Assembly (NCBI GenBank): GCA_038326615.1
Contig: JBBQKF010000006.1
Span: 1-63,596 of the forward strand
DNA from: Saccharofermentanales bacterium
GTDB taxonomy: Bacteria > Bacillota > Clostridia > Saccharofermentanales > UBA5734
DNA: 63,596 nucleotides
Direction: 5' to 3'
The notes under the pieces were generated by a model. The model made no database searches, was not told where the DNA came from, and was given only the letters and a program-made list of their open reading frames with translations. Below are positions 18,936 through 29,283 of the stretch, one piece after another. Position numbers and translations under genes: made by a program. Each line of letters opens with the position of its first letter. Within the stretch, counting starts at the first letter, position 1.

Positions 18936-21197
18936 GTGAAAACTTATGTGCCCGAATATATGATATCCCCTTTTGAAAAACAAGGTGTTTTGACAAGTTC
19001 TCTTATTTATGCAATTCATACTGATCTTGCTTTAGATGCTGATGATTGCGATGTCTATACAGCATTTGATGGCGAGAAGCTTTATATTTTATATGGCGAT
19101 GAGAAAATAACAAGAACTAAAGGTGCAAGAAAGTTGGCAACAACTTTTGAATCTCGTGAATTTGTGGTTATTGTGCTAGATAACAATGACGTTTTGACTG
19201 TCGAAAAGTTGTTATCCACAGGCAGGCTTTGTGTAGAAAAAGAAGGCGAGTCAAAAGTTCTTCTTTTATTTTCACTTGGGTACTTATCTGTTGTTCAAAA
19301 ACTTATTAAAGTTATTCAAAATTTGAAAGATGGAAAGCTTGCACTTCAAGATGTAAATATTGATGAAGACCTGTTTTGCGCAAAATGCGGCACTCGTTAT
19401 CCTGAGCCCGAACGCAAAATATGTCCGAAGTGCATTGATAAAAGTTCTATAACGCTGCGCCTGATGGGGTTTTTTAAAAGTTATTGGAAGAAAGTTCTCT
19501 TGGTTTTCATAATAATGTTAGCAGGCTCAGTTTTCTCAATATTTTCACCTCTCCTTGGCACGAAGTTTCTTTTTGACGAAGTTTTAACTAAGAATGGAAG
19601 TTATTATGGAGCTATACTCTTTTGCGTTTTACTGATTTTTCTTGTTAGATTAATAACTGTAGCTCTTAACATTCTTTACTCGTATGTGCTTGCTAAGGTT
19701 GTACCATGGATTGTATTTGATCTGAAACTGAGAATCTTTGAAGCGATGCAGCGCCTGTCCGTAGGTTTTTATACATCAAAAAGAACTGGCTCTTTGATGA
19801 ACCGCGTTAATCGAGATGCCAACAATATTTATTGGTTCTTCATTGATGGAGTTCCCTTTGTTATCGTAAATTTACTTACTCTTGCTGGCGTAATTGCCTT
19901 GATGTGTGTTTTGAATATTAAGCTTGCTGCTGTCTGTATAGTAATTCTGCCTGTTTCAATTCTCATGTTTCGTCTTCTTTGGGGTGTTTTCAGGCGTTAC
20001 CATCACAAGAATTGGGTTTACAGCTCTAACCTTAACTCTATGGTAGGAGATTCAGTCAATGGTCAACGAGTTATTAAAGCCTTTGCTAGAGAAAATGAAG
20101 AATCAGAAAGATTTTCTGACATGTCGGGCAAACAAGCTGGAGTTGAAATAAACTCTCTAAACACTGGTTTTACTGCTTTCCCTCTTATATACCTTTTTAT
20201 GTTTTTAGGGCAGGTAGTCATTACAGGTTTTGGTGGAATTATGGTTTTGAATAAGGAAATCACCTTAGGTACGCTCCTTACATTCATTGCATATCTTTCA
20301 ATGTTATACGGACCACTTGAATTCATGTCATGGGTTTCAAACTGGTGGGCAAGGTGTGTCGACTCTGCACAACGTGTTTTTGAAATTATAGATGCAATTC
20401 CTGACATTGCTGACCCTATATCCCCTTCTGTAATTGATTCGATTAAGGGTGATATAGAAATTTTTGGTGTTAAATTCGAGTATGATCCTGCAACACCTGT
20501 TCTTAAAGGATTGGATCTTAGTGTCAAAGCAGGTCAAATGCTAGGAATTGTAGGTAAAACAGGTGCCGGTAAATCAACTTTGGCGAACCTTATTGCAAGA
20601 CTCTATGATGTTACTGAAGGATCAATTCATATTGATGGCATTAATGTTAAAGATTTACCACTAAAGCAATTACGGCAAAGTGTTGGAATTGTATCACAGG
20701 ATATCTACCTTTTTATTGGTACAATTGCAGATAACATAAGGTATGCAATTCCACAAGCAGGAATTGAGGAAGTAATTCTAGCAGCAAAGGCAGCCTCGGC
20801 GCATGATTTTATAATGCTTTTACCTGATGCATACGAAACAAAAGTTGGTGCTGGCGGACAGGATTTATCCGGAGGTGAAAAACAACGCCTTTCTATAGCA
20901 AGAACAATTCTGCAAAACCCAAAAATTCTAATACTAGATGAAGCAACTGCTGCTATGGACACAGAAACAGAAGCTAGCATTCAGAAAGCATTGTCCGCGC
21001 TTCAAAAAGGTAGAACAACGATTGCTATTGCTCATAGACTTTCAACTTTACGCGATGCAGACATGCTTGCAGTAATCAATGATGGGAAAATAAGTGAGAG
21101 TGGGACACACCCCGAGTTATTACTCATAAAGGGTGAATATCACAAGCTTTATAACATACAACAAGAAGGCCTTAAAACAATTAACATGGAGTCCTAA
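18936..21197 (+). CDS. Type IV ABC exporter (TMD-NBD) with N-terminal extension and Zn ribbon
   Basis: CAKC...CPKC, six-TM domain, GKTGAGKS, LSGGEKQR, LDEAT, IAHRLST; GTG start behind AGGAGG. Confidence 0.9.
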   Translation: MKTYVPEYMISPFEKQGVLTSSLIYAIHTDLALDADDCDVYTAFDGEKLYILYGDEKITRTKGARKLATTFESREFVVIVLDNNDVLTVEKLLSTGRLCVEKEGESKVLLLFSLGYLSVVQKLIKVIQNLKDGKLALQDVNIDEDLFCAKCGTRYPEPERKICPKCIDKSSITLRLMGFFKSYWKKVLLVFIIMLAGSVFSIFSPLLGTKFLFDEVLTKNGSYYGAILFCVLLIFLVRLITVALNILYSYVLAKVVPWIVFDLKLRIFEAMQRLSVGFYTSKRTGSLMNRVNRDANNIYWFFIDGVPFVIVNLLTLAGVIALMCVLNIKLAAVCIVILPVSILMFRLLWGVFRRYHHKNWVYSSNLNSMVGDSVNGQRVIKAFARENEESERFSDMSGKQAGVEINSLNTGFTAFPLIYLFMFLGQVVITGFGGIMVLNKEITLGTLLTFIAYLSMLYGPLEFMSWVSNWWARCVDSAQRVFEIIDAIPDIADPISPSVIDSIKGDIEIFGVKFEYDPATPVLKGLDLSVKAGQMLGIVGKTGAGKSTLANLIARLYDVTEGSIHIDGINVKDLPLKQLRQSVGIVSQDIYLFIGTIADNIRYAIPQAGIEEVILAAKAASAHDFIMLLPDAYETKVGAGGQDLSGGEKQRLSIARTILQNPKILILDEATAAMDTETEASIQKALSALQKGRTTIAIAHRLSTLRDADMLAVINDGKISESGTHPELLLIKGEYHKLYNIQQEGLKTINMES

Positions 21198-21219
21198 AAC
21201 GCATAAACTGGAGGCAAAA

Positions 21220-21765
21220 ATGGAAAATTCAAACGAAACTCAAGCATTAAATCTTTCTGATTCAATCGATATTGGTCTATTAGATGTGGGAAAGACAAAT
21301 TTCTACACCACTAAAGGTGGATTCACAGCTCTTAAATATGAAGATACTGATTATGGTCGGGTCACATTGAGACGTGCTCTGCCTTCTTCTAATCCCATGA
21401 GTTATATTTCAGTTGCAAATAAAGAGAATAAGGAAATCGGCATATTAAAGTCTGTTTTCGATTTGAATCCGGAACAACAGAAAATTATCATTAACGAACT
21501 GAATAAAAGGTATTATTGCCCTCAGGTTTATGAGATTAAATCAGTTAAGGAGAAATTGGGCTATGTCTATTTTGAATTTCTTATCGGTCACGATAACGTA
21601 AGATATGTTAAAAACTGTGCAGTCAAAGATGTAAGCCGAAACATTAGGATGCTTGGCGATAAGGAGCTATTAATCTTTGATGTTGATGGCAATCGCTATG
21701 CTGTAAAATCTCTCGAAGCCCTTGACAAGAAAAGCATTAAACGGCTTGAACCTTTCCTTTTTTAG
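21220..21765 (+). CDS. DUF1854 family protein
   Basis: RVTLRRALP...YISV...EIGI, ELNKRYYCPQV and IFDVDGNRY...LDKKS pattern; start behind GGAGG. Confidence 0.75.
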   Translation: MENSNETQALNLSDSIDIGLLDVGKTNFYTTKGGFTALKYEDTDYGRVTLRRALPSSNPMSYISVANKENKEIGILKSVFDLNPEQQKIIINELNKRYYCPQVYEIKSVKEKLGYVYFEFLIGHDNVRYVKNCAVKDVSRNIRMLGDKELLIFDVDGNRYAVKSLEALDKKSIKRLEPFLF

Positions 21766-21899
21766 ACAATAACTGATTAGAAATTTATTAAACCACGTTG
21801 TTTACCAGTGAAAATAGCGTTGTTTGAAATTTTTAGACCTTACATCAGATATGGATTTTTTGCATCACCTTAACATCACTGGAGAAAATACGGTTTTAC

Positions 21900-24041
21900 A
21901 TGGGAAATTCACATATATTTAAATATGATCTTGATTTGGATATGCAACCAGTAAAAGGCTTGCTTACATTTAGTGAGGATACAAGAATTGTCGCACTTAT
22001 TAATGGAACAGAAAGCTTTAATGAATCAGCTGATAAAATTACAGAAACTATTGTTATGCCTGGAGTTGGGTGTGGACTAATATTTGCAAAGATGAAAGAT
22101 GGAAACGACTTAATACTTTGTCGATTTACAATGTCTGGAATAAAAGAGGCTGGAGAATTCTGCAAAATTGTCAATTTTTATATTCTTACAGGTAATTGTG
22201 TTATTCCTGAAGAAAAAATCAGACCTGTTTGCGACAAATGCGGACGAACATTAGCTGAAGGAATGAACATCTGTTTGTTTTGTTATAACAAAATTGGCGT
22301 TCTGAAACGTGCACTTGAACTTATGCGGCCATTTGCAAAAAAAATTATAACCGCAGAAATTTTTCTTACCATTGCATCAATTATTTATCTATTAGTACCA
22401 TTATTCAGTAGGTATCTGATTGATGACTATTTAAGGCCAATGAATGGAACTGCATTTCAGATATTGTCAATTGCAGCTGCGATGTTTATTGCCAGAACAT
22501 GCGGTGAGATCATTTTTATATTGAGTTCTCGTGTTTTCAATAAAGCAAGTATTCTTTACTCCACACATTTAAGGAATCAGGCATATGAGAAAATTCAGAA
22601 ATTATCTCTTAGTTCTTTGTCCAAAAGAACACCCGGAGACCTAATTCGAAGAGTAATGGAAGATACAAGCACTATTAAAGATTTTATTTCAGATGGCGGG
22701 CGATGGGCTATTGATCAGATAATAATGTTTGTTATCGTACTAATTATTCTGCTTTTTACTAACCCAATACTAACTTTAGTTGTTTTTATTCCAGTTCCAT
22801 TAGTTATGATAGCTCTTTCGCGCTTCTGGAAGCATATAAATTTAAGGTACGAAAAGCAATGGCGCAAAAACGCAAAGTGCCAGTCAATTCTTCATGATAT
22901 AATCAAAGGGATCCGCACGGTTAAGTCGTTTGGAAAAGAAGATGAAGAAATCAAGAAATTCTCTGACGCTACACGTGAACTTGCTGTTGTATCCTCTGAT
23001 AACGAAGCACTATGGGCAAGACTCTTCCCTTTACTTACATTTATTACAGGAATTGGTGAATTTTTGGTTTTATATTTCGGTGGTCGGGATATTCTTAATG
23101 GCACTCTTAGCTTTGGTGTTTTTGTTCAGTTTACAATGTATATTACTTACGTTTATGCACCACTGCGGTGGCTTGTTTCTTTCCCACGTTGGCTTGCCGA
23201 CGCAATGACTAGTATGGTAAAAGTATTTGAAATCATTGACGAGGAGCCGGATATCTCTTCAAGTAAAACCCCCCACGATGTGCCACTATCCGGCTCATTA
23301 AAATTTGAAGGGGTTACTTTTGGATATAAGTCGTATGAACCTGTTCTTAAGGGAATTGATATTGATATCAAACCTGGTGAAATGATAGGAATAGTTGGTC
23401 GTTCAGGAGCTGGAAAATCAACTTTAATCAATCTAATAATGCGACTTTACGACCCAGTTCAAGGGAAAATTTGTATTAATGGAACCGATATAAAAGATAT
23501 GTCGTTGAATCACCTGCACGAAAACATTGGCATTGTTTTTCAGGACACTTTTCTTTTTGCTGGTTCGATTTATGACAACATCGCATATGCTAAAACTGGA
23601 GCGACTCCAAACGAAGTAATCGCAGCAGCTAAAGTTGCAAATGCTCACGATTTCATAATGCAAACATCGGATGGTTATAATACTTTAATCGGAGAAAGTG
23701 GTTATTCGATTTCCGGAGGAGAAAGGCAAAGAATCTCTATTGCAAGAGCGATTATCAAAAATCCAGGTATTCTTATTTTAGATGAAGCAACCAGTTCCCT
23801 TGATGTTGAAACCGAATCTGTAATTCAGGAAAGCCTTTCAAGAATTGTAAAAGGGCGGACAACAATTGCGATTGCTCATCGGCTTTCAACTCTTCGCAGT
23901 GCGGACAGACTATTTGTTTTAGATAAAGGGGCGATTGCTGAATCTGGGACACATATCGAACTATTAAAACAAAAAGGAATTTATTACAAGCTTGTCATGG
24001 CACAGCGTCAGACGAGTAAAATTCCTGATGCTATTAATTAG
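21900..24041 (+). CDS. Type IV ABC exporter (TMD-NBD) with N-terminal extension and Zn ribbon
   Basis: CDKC...CLFC, GRSGAGKS, ISGGERQR and LDEATSSLD motifs. Confidence 0.9.
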   Translation: MGNSHIFKYDLDLDMQPVKGLLTFSEDTRIVALINGTESFNESADKITETIVMPGVGCGLIFAKMKDGNDLILCRFTMSGIKEAGEFCKIVNFYILTGNCVIPEEKIRPVCDKCGRTLAEGMNICLFCYNKIGVLKRALELMRPFAKKIITAEIFLTIASIIYLLVPLFSRYLIDDYLRPMNGTAFQILSIAAAMFIARTCGEIIFILSSRVFNKASILYSTHLRNQAYEKIQKLSLSSLSKRTPGDLIRRVMEDTSTIKDFISDGGRWAIDQIIMFVIVLIILLFTNPILTLVVFIPVPLVMIALSRFWKHINLRYEKQWRKNAKCQSILHDIIKGIRTVKSFGKEDEEIKKFSDATRELAVVSSDNEALWARLFPLLTFITGIGEFLVLYFGGRDILNGTLSFGVFVQFTMYITYVYAPLRWLVSFPRWLADAMTSMVKVFEIIDEEPDISSSKTPHDVPLSGSLKFEGVTFGYKSYEPVLKGIDIDIKPGEMIGIVGRSGAGKSTLINLIMRLYDPVQGKICINGTDIKDMSLNHLHENIGIVFQDTFLFAGSIYDNIAYAKTGATPNEVIAAAKVANAHDFIMQTSDGYNTLIGESGYSISGGERQRISIARAIIKNPGILILDEATSSLDVETESVIQESLSRIVKGRTTIAIAHRLSTLRSADRLFVLDKGAIAESGTHIELLKQKGIYYKLVMAQRQTSKIPDAIN

Positions 24042-24214
24042 CTGCTGAGAATGATTTATTAAGATTTACTTACTATTGAATTTAAGTGAGTTTTTTTTAA
24101 AATGTGTCCAAATTTCGTTCAACGATCAAAAGCAACTTTGGTCCGGGGAATAAAATTACTCAAATAACTTTAGCATAAAAAGAAAAACTTTTTTTAACCA
24201 CAAGATGCAATTTT

Positions 24215-24381
24215 GGTTCGGGTGTCAAAAGCAACAAAGTAGTGATAGGTGATAAATGTTTATGAAATCGCCAAATATTGGCAATTACAAGCAATCTGGC
24301 ATTTGAAATCTTTTAAAGTCAACGTAGAGCAAAATCTGACTAATCACAATAAATAAAAAATATGCTTTTGACACCCGAACC
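24215..24381 (+). mobile_element. MITE family B copy
   Basis: Perfect 19-bp TIR GGTTCGGGTGTCAAAAGCA; 167 bp; flanked by AATTTT duplication. Confidence 0.9.
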
Positions 24382-24565
24382 AATTTTATAGCACAAATTA
24401 ATTTATGTTATTTTTATGAAGAAATACCGAACATTTGGTTAATATATTGTGTGTTCTTCTTCTTTGTCTTTTTAATTGTATTTTTGTAGTGTATAATTGT
24501 AATCAATCATGAAATTTGAATTAATTTTTGTCAATTAAAAACTTAGGAAACAAGGAGGCAGTAAA

Positions 24566-26191
24566 ATGTCATTTAAAAATACAAACACAGAGAATCGTGT
24601 CAGAAGAAGAATTTTCATTGGAATAGCAGTTGCATTAGTTTTAAGCTTTTTGGTTTATTACTTTTTTCTTAAAGGGCCAGCTCCCTACAAAGTTACAATA
24701 GCAGATTTACAGGCAGGAGACATCTCAAGCAAGATGTATGTTAAAGCTCAAATAAAGCCAGGAGCATCTATTTCTCAAACTATTAAAATCAAACAAAAAG
24801 TTCTTGCAGTAAATGTTAAGCCTGGTGATCAGGTAAATAAAGGTGATATTCTCATGACTCTTGACAGGCAGGAGGTACAGGTACAATATGACAATGCTAA
24901 AAAATCAAGAATAAGCATAGAAAATTCAAACGCCGCTAAGAAAAAAGCAGCTGCAGCAGACAGTATTAAACAGGCAGCACAGCAAAAAGAATATTCGAAG
25001 CAAGTAAGTAACCTTACCGGTGCACTAACACGAATTGTTACAAATATTGCCCTTTTATCGGCAACCCCATCAACAAATTCAACCTTTCAATCTGATCTTG
25101 CAAAAATAATTCAAGATCAACTTGCGAATTATAATCCTAATTCACCTAATGCTCAACAACAGATACAAGATCTGATAACTGCAATAACAAGTAGTGTAAG
25201 TGTTTCCCAGAATCCACAGTATCAGACCATCCTTGCAAATCTCAATAAAGATATTGCAATTCTTAATGCATCTTTACCTAAGGTTCTTACGGGGCTTGGA
25301 GGGGGTGTAACTTCTGGCCTTACATCGGGTTTGACCTCTGGACTTGCTGTATCTCCAGATTTAATTAATCAGTTAAAAATGCTTGGTTTAAATGTATCTG
25401 ACCCTCTTGTTTCAGCAATTCAGCAAGAAAAATCAGCGAAAGAGGCACTGGATAATTCAGTTATTGAATTAATTTCAGGAATGTCTGGTATTGTAGCTGA
25501 AGTGAATGCAACCCCTGGTTCATATATTGGAACAGATACTACCCAGAGCAGTTCATCGGTAAACAGCCTTTTGTCAGGTGCACTAGGAGATCTTTCACAA
25601 CTCGGTTTGTCGAATAATTCTGCCTCAACCAAACCTGCTATTACTATTTATGATAATCTAAATCCAAAAGCTGTATTTCAGATAAGTCAATTCGACTCAA
25701 CAAGAATCGATAAAGGGATGTCTGTTGATTATCAGCAAAATGGACACACTTACAATGGAACAGTCACATTTAAATCAAAATTTGTCGCAGACAGTAGTCT
25801 AGGGAGCAACGCTGCAAGCAGCCTTTTACAACAAGCAGGAATCGTCGGCCTTACTGGGCAGGAACCTCAATTGCTTGTTGAAATGAATATTTTAGGCTCA
25901 AATCTTACAGATCTAACATTAGGGTTTTTGATCGATGCCGAAATAAACACTGCTTCTGCAAAAAATGTAATTAAGTTGCCTGCGCAGGCTATGCGAAAAG
26001 AAATTAGCAGTTATTATGTATTTGTAGTTGATGAAAATAACCGTCTTGTCAAAAAGAATTTTGTTCCTGGAATTCAATCGGACATGTATGTCGAAGTTTT
26101 ATCGGGACTTACTGCAGCTGACAAAGTTGTTACGAATCCTACCAACACTATGGTCGAGGGTCAGAAAGTCAGCTTGCAGGGAGGTAAATAA
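24566..26191 (+). CDS. MacA/HlyD-like membrane fusion (adaptor) protein
   Basis: N-terminal TM, VNVKPGDQVNKGDIL lipoyl-like half, long helical insert, C-terminal VEVLSGL...V motif. Confidence 0.8.
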   Translation: MSFKNTNTENRVRRRIFIGIAVALVLSFLVYYFFLKGPAPYKVTIADLQAGDISSKMYVKAQIKPGASISQTIKIKQKVLAVNVKPGDQVNKGDILMTLDRQEVQVQYDNAKKSRISIENSNAAKKKAAAADSIKQAAQQKEYSKQVSNLTGALTRIVTNIALLSATPSTNSTFQSDLAKIIQDQLANYNPNSPNAQQQIQDLITAITSSVSVSQNPQYQTILANLNKDIAILNASLPKVLTGLGGGVTSGLTSGLTSGLAVSPDLINQLKMLGLNVSDPLVSAIQQEKSAKEALDNSVIELISGMSGIVAEVNATPGSYIGTDTTQSSSSVNSLLSGALGDLSQLGLSNNSASTKPAITIYDNLNPKAVFQISQFDSTRIDKGMSVDYQQNGHTYNGTVTFKSKFVADSSLGSNAASSLLQQAGIVGLTGQEPQLLVEMNILGSNLTDLTLGFLIDAEINTASAKNVIKLPAQAMRKEISSYYVFVVDENNRLVKKNFVPGIQSDMYVEVLSGLTAADKVVTNPTNTMVEGQKVSLQGGK

Positions 26192-27450
26192 TGCTTCTTG
26201 AAAGTCTTAAAATGGCATATCACAGCCTAATCGAAAACAAAATGCGTGCTCTTCTTACAATGCTTGGCATTATTGTTGGAATTTCGTCTGTAATTGCAAT
26301 TGTTTCTCTTGGTGAAGGGGGTAAAAAAGAAATCCTTGGCCAGTTTGAACAGATTGGAGCATCGACTGTCATAATTCAGGTAAAAACTTCAAAAGCACAA
26401 GCCGGTGATTATTTTACACAAAGTGATATTGATGCAATCAGAAACAATCTCGACTCTGTTAAACATGTAACCGCACCAATCCAGACAGCCGGATACGCAT
26501 CAACAAAGCTTGACCGCAAACGGATATTTCTATCTGCTATTGACGTGGATTACAATGAATTTTCACCGCTAATAATTGTATACGGTAGGCAATTTACTGA
26601 TATTGAATATCAGGAAGCCTTTCCAGTAGTAATCATTGATCGTGCCGGTGCCCTAGCACTATTCGGCAGAGAAAATGCAGTTGGCGAAAAAGTTGATATT
26701 GAAAGCAAAGGAAAAATTTTAAGAACAACAGTTGTAGGTGTTTGCGAGTCAGTCACAACGCAATATGCTGGTCTAATCGGTGGTCTTAGCGGATTAGATG
26801 ATTCGGGAGATAGCAGGAACATCCCTGCTTTTGTTTATACACCCTTTTTGTCAGGCAGTCGCATTGTTTCAGGTGACAAGACAATCTCAATGCTTAACAT
26901 AATGTCTGTCACTCCTGAAAGAGTTGATGAAGCGGCGGCTGCGGCAATTCGTCTCGTAGAAATGAGACATGGCAACAGCGGTCGAGAGGTTTATCGCAGT
27001 CAGAACTTAGCTTCTATACTTGACCAGATAAACAATGTAATCAATATACTTACGATGTTTATAAGTGCTGTTGCAGCAATATCTCTATTAGTTGGTGGAA
27101 TTGGGGTTATGAATATCATGCTAGTTTCTGTAACTGAAAGAACGCGTGAAATCGGACTTCGCAAGGCAATTGGCGGAACCCCTTCAGATATTCTTCTGCA
27201 ATTCATAACTGAGTCAATTATTCTTACATTGTTTGGTGGTCTAATCGGAATTCTGTTTGGACTAGGCCTAGCATATGGAATTTCGTTTTTTATATCCTAT
27301 TCTGGAGTAGGAAATATAACTCCTGTATTAAGTTTCAAGGCAATATTCATCGCAGTTGCTTTTTCATCAGCAGTTGGTCTATTCTTCGGAATTTATCCTG
27401 CGCGTAAAGCATCAAAACTTAACCCGATTGACGCTCTAAGGCGTGAATAA
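26191..27450 (+). CDS. MacB/FtsX-like ABC permease
   Basis: RALLTMLGIIVGI, VGGIGVMNIMLVSVTERTREIGLRKAIG and PARKASKLNPIDALR motifs. Confidence 0.93.
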   Translation: MLLESLKMAYHSLIENKMRALLTMLGIIVGISSVIAIVSLGEGGKKEILGQFEQIGASTVIIQVKTSKAQAGDYFTQSDIDAIRNNLDSVKHVTAPIQTAGYASTKLDRKRIFLSAIDVDYNEFSPLIIVYGRQFTDIEYQEAFPVVIIDRAGALALFGRENAVGEKVDIESKGKILRTTVVGVCESVTTQYAGLIGGLSGLDDSGDSRNIPAFVYTPFLSGSRIVSGDKTISMLNIMSVTPERVDEAAAAAIRLVEMRHGNSGREVYRSQNLASILDQINNVINILTMFISAVAAISLLVGGIGVMNIMLVSVTERTREIGLRKAIGGTPSDILLQFITESIILTLFGGLIGILFGLGLAYGISFFISYSGVGNITPVLSFKAIFIAVAFSSAVGLFFGIYPARKASKLNPIDALRRE

Positions 27451-27620
27451 TATGCCGATTTTGAAGCATTGAAATGTGTAAAATAAAAGAGAATAATCAA
27501 ATTCACCCTAAAATCACACAATAAACTACAATATTTCAGCGCATTTGCGCCTTCTATTTTTGTTATTTCTCTGATATACTCTCTGAGGATTATTTATTAT
27601 ATGAAAATAAGGAGAAATCA

Positions 27621-28169
27621 ATGAACAATCAGTCAATTACATCAAACCCAGCTCCCTTAGGTCTTCTTGGATTTGGAATGACGACAATTTTGCTTAATCT
27701 ACATAATTCAGGAATAATATCACTATCAATCGTTATAATTTCAATGGGTATTACCTTAGGTGGTCTTGCACAAATATTAGCTGGAATAATGGAATTTAAA
27801 GCAGGCAACACTTTTGGTGCAACAGCATTTAGTGCTTACGGTTTCTTTTGGATCTCATTAGTGATCATCTGGATATTACCTGCTGGCAATAAAGCAGACG
27901 AAAAATCAATGGGATTTTATCTCCTTCTCTGGGCAATTTTTACAGCATTCATGTATGTTGCAGCTTTAACTCACAATAAAATAACACGGCTTGTTTTCGG
28001 TTCACTTACAGTATTATTTCTTCTTTTGTCAGTTGGAGACTTTACAGGCATTCGCGAAATAAAGATAATTGCCGGTTATGAAGGTATTATTTGTGGTTTT
28101 CTTGCAATATACAGCGCAATGGGACAAATCATTAATCACGAACACAAGAAAGAACTTATTAAAATGTAA
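27621..28169 (+). CDS. satP: Acetate/succinate transporter, GPR1/FUN34/YaaH family
   Basis: NPAPLGLLGF signature, GGLAQ, GNTFGATAFSAYG. Confidence 0.85.
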   Translation: MNNQSITSNPAPLGLLGFGMTTILLNLHNSGIISLSIVIISMGITLGGLAQILAGIMEFKAGNTFGATAFSAYGFFWISLVIIWILPAGNKADEKSMGFYLLLWAIFTAFMYVAALTHNKITRLVFGSLTVLFLLLSVGDFTGIREIKIIAGYEGIICGFLAIYSAMGQIINHEHKKELIKM

Positions 28170-28183
28170 TCAAAGTATAAACG

Positions 28184-28918
28184 TTATTTTTTTCCTTTTA
28201 CTTCGCAGTATTCAGCGACAGGAGGATTTTTCTCTTCTTCAATATTATTTTTCTTCATAAGCAAGTATGCAATTCCAACAGTGACTAGTGCCAGTAGAGC
28301 AAGTCCAGTAATAATTAACCCAGTTCCAAGTTTAAGTTCAACTTTTGCCACCTGAAAACAGCCAACAAACCCAAACACAACAAAAGCACAGGCAGATACA
28401 AATTTGATAGTCTTTTCGGGGATTCTTTTACACATTACAACCCCAATAATTATTCCTATTCCATCCGCTATAAGCATCCCCGTTGTTGTACCCATTAAAA
28501 TTCCAAATGGATTAGAGGGAAATTTTGTCGCAAGTGCAATTGTAGCTAATTGTGTCTTGTCGCCCATTTCAGCTATAAAAAACGCAATGGCAACTGTTGC
28601 AATTGCTCCAAACTTACTTACACGATTTTCTTCGCCTTCAAGTTTATCACCTCTAATTGTCCAAAGCCCAAAAAATATAAAAGACAAAGATGCAATTCCT
28701 TGAATCCAAACCTGTGCAGAGTCAAAACGTGTGATGTAATTTCCGACTGCAACTGCAAGTGCATGATTTAAAATAGTTGCGATAAATACTCCGGCCATTA
28801 CCTTAGATGCCTTATATTTAGTAGCAAAAGCCATGGCAAGTAGCTGAGTTTTATCCCCCATTTCGGCGAGTACAACCGCTCCTGCTGAAAAAAGAAATGC
28901 GATAAAGTTCATGTACAT
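28184..28918 (-). CDS. UPF0016/GDT1/TMEM165 family cation (probably Mn2+) exporter
   Basis: Two AEMGDKTQL motifs; yybP-ykoY riboswitch upstream. Confidence 0.92.
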   Translation of the reverse strand: MYMNFIAFLFSAGAVVLAEMGDKTQLLAMAFATKYKASKVMAGVFIATILNHALAVAVGNYITRFDSAQVWIQGIASLSFIFFGLWTIRGDKLEGEENRVSKFGAIATVAIAFFIAEMGDKTQLATIALATKFPSNPFGILMGTTTGMLIADGIGIIIGVVMCKRIPEKTIKFVSACAFVVFGFVGCFQVAKVELKLGTGLIITGLALLALVTVGIAYLLMKKNNIEEEKNPPVAEYCEVKGKK

Positions 28919-28963
28919 GTTTAAAAACCTTCCTCAAAATATTTGTTAAAAGCCTATAGAATC

Positions 28964-29092
28964 AAAAAACTTTCAGCATAACAAGAAATTTCTTGTTATG
29001 CTAAAAGTCTCGCTACCACTAATTGGTTACAAAGCCAGGTGATTAATCGCACCAGCATGTTGACTTTGTATTTAAAACTACTCCCTCTTAAC
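28964..29092 (-). ncRNA. yybP-ykoY manganese riboswitch with expression-platform terminator
   Basis: AAGAGGGAGTAG...GTCAACATG...TGGC...AGCGAGAC consensus elements, then ACTTTTAGCATAACAAGAA/TTCTTGTTATGCTGAAAGT hairpin and T run. Confidence 0.88.
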
Positions 29093-29283
29093 TTACGTAA
29101 ATAATACATCAGAAACATCAGTTTTGTCAAGAATTACAATTCAAAAATTCAAAACTTACCCAAAAATATTGCATTGAAATCTTGTCCAAAAATCTTTAAC
29201 AATTCTAGTTTTTAGTTGTTACTCAATATGTTTATTATAAAATTCATAAATAATCTATAAATATATAACGAATAGTATTAATT

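Noticed and set aside
24116-24136. Additional MITE B end
   Set aside because: Only the TCAAAAGCAAC part matches and there is no partner end
18663-24381. Genomic island integrated at tRNA-Val
   Set aside because: No integrase and no duplicated tRNA 3' end found
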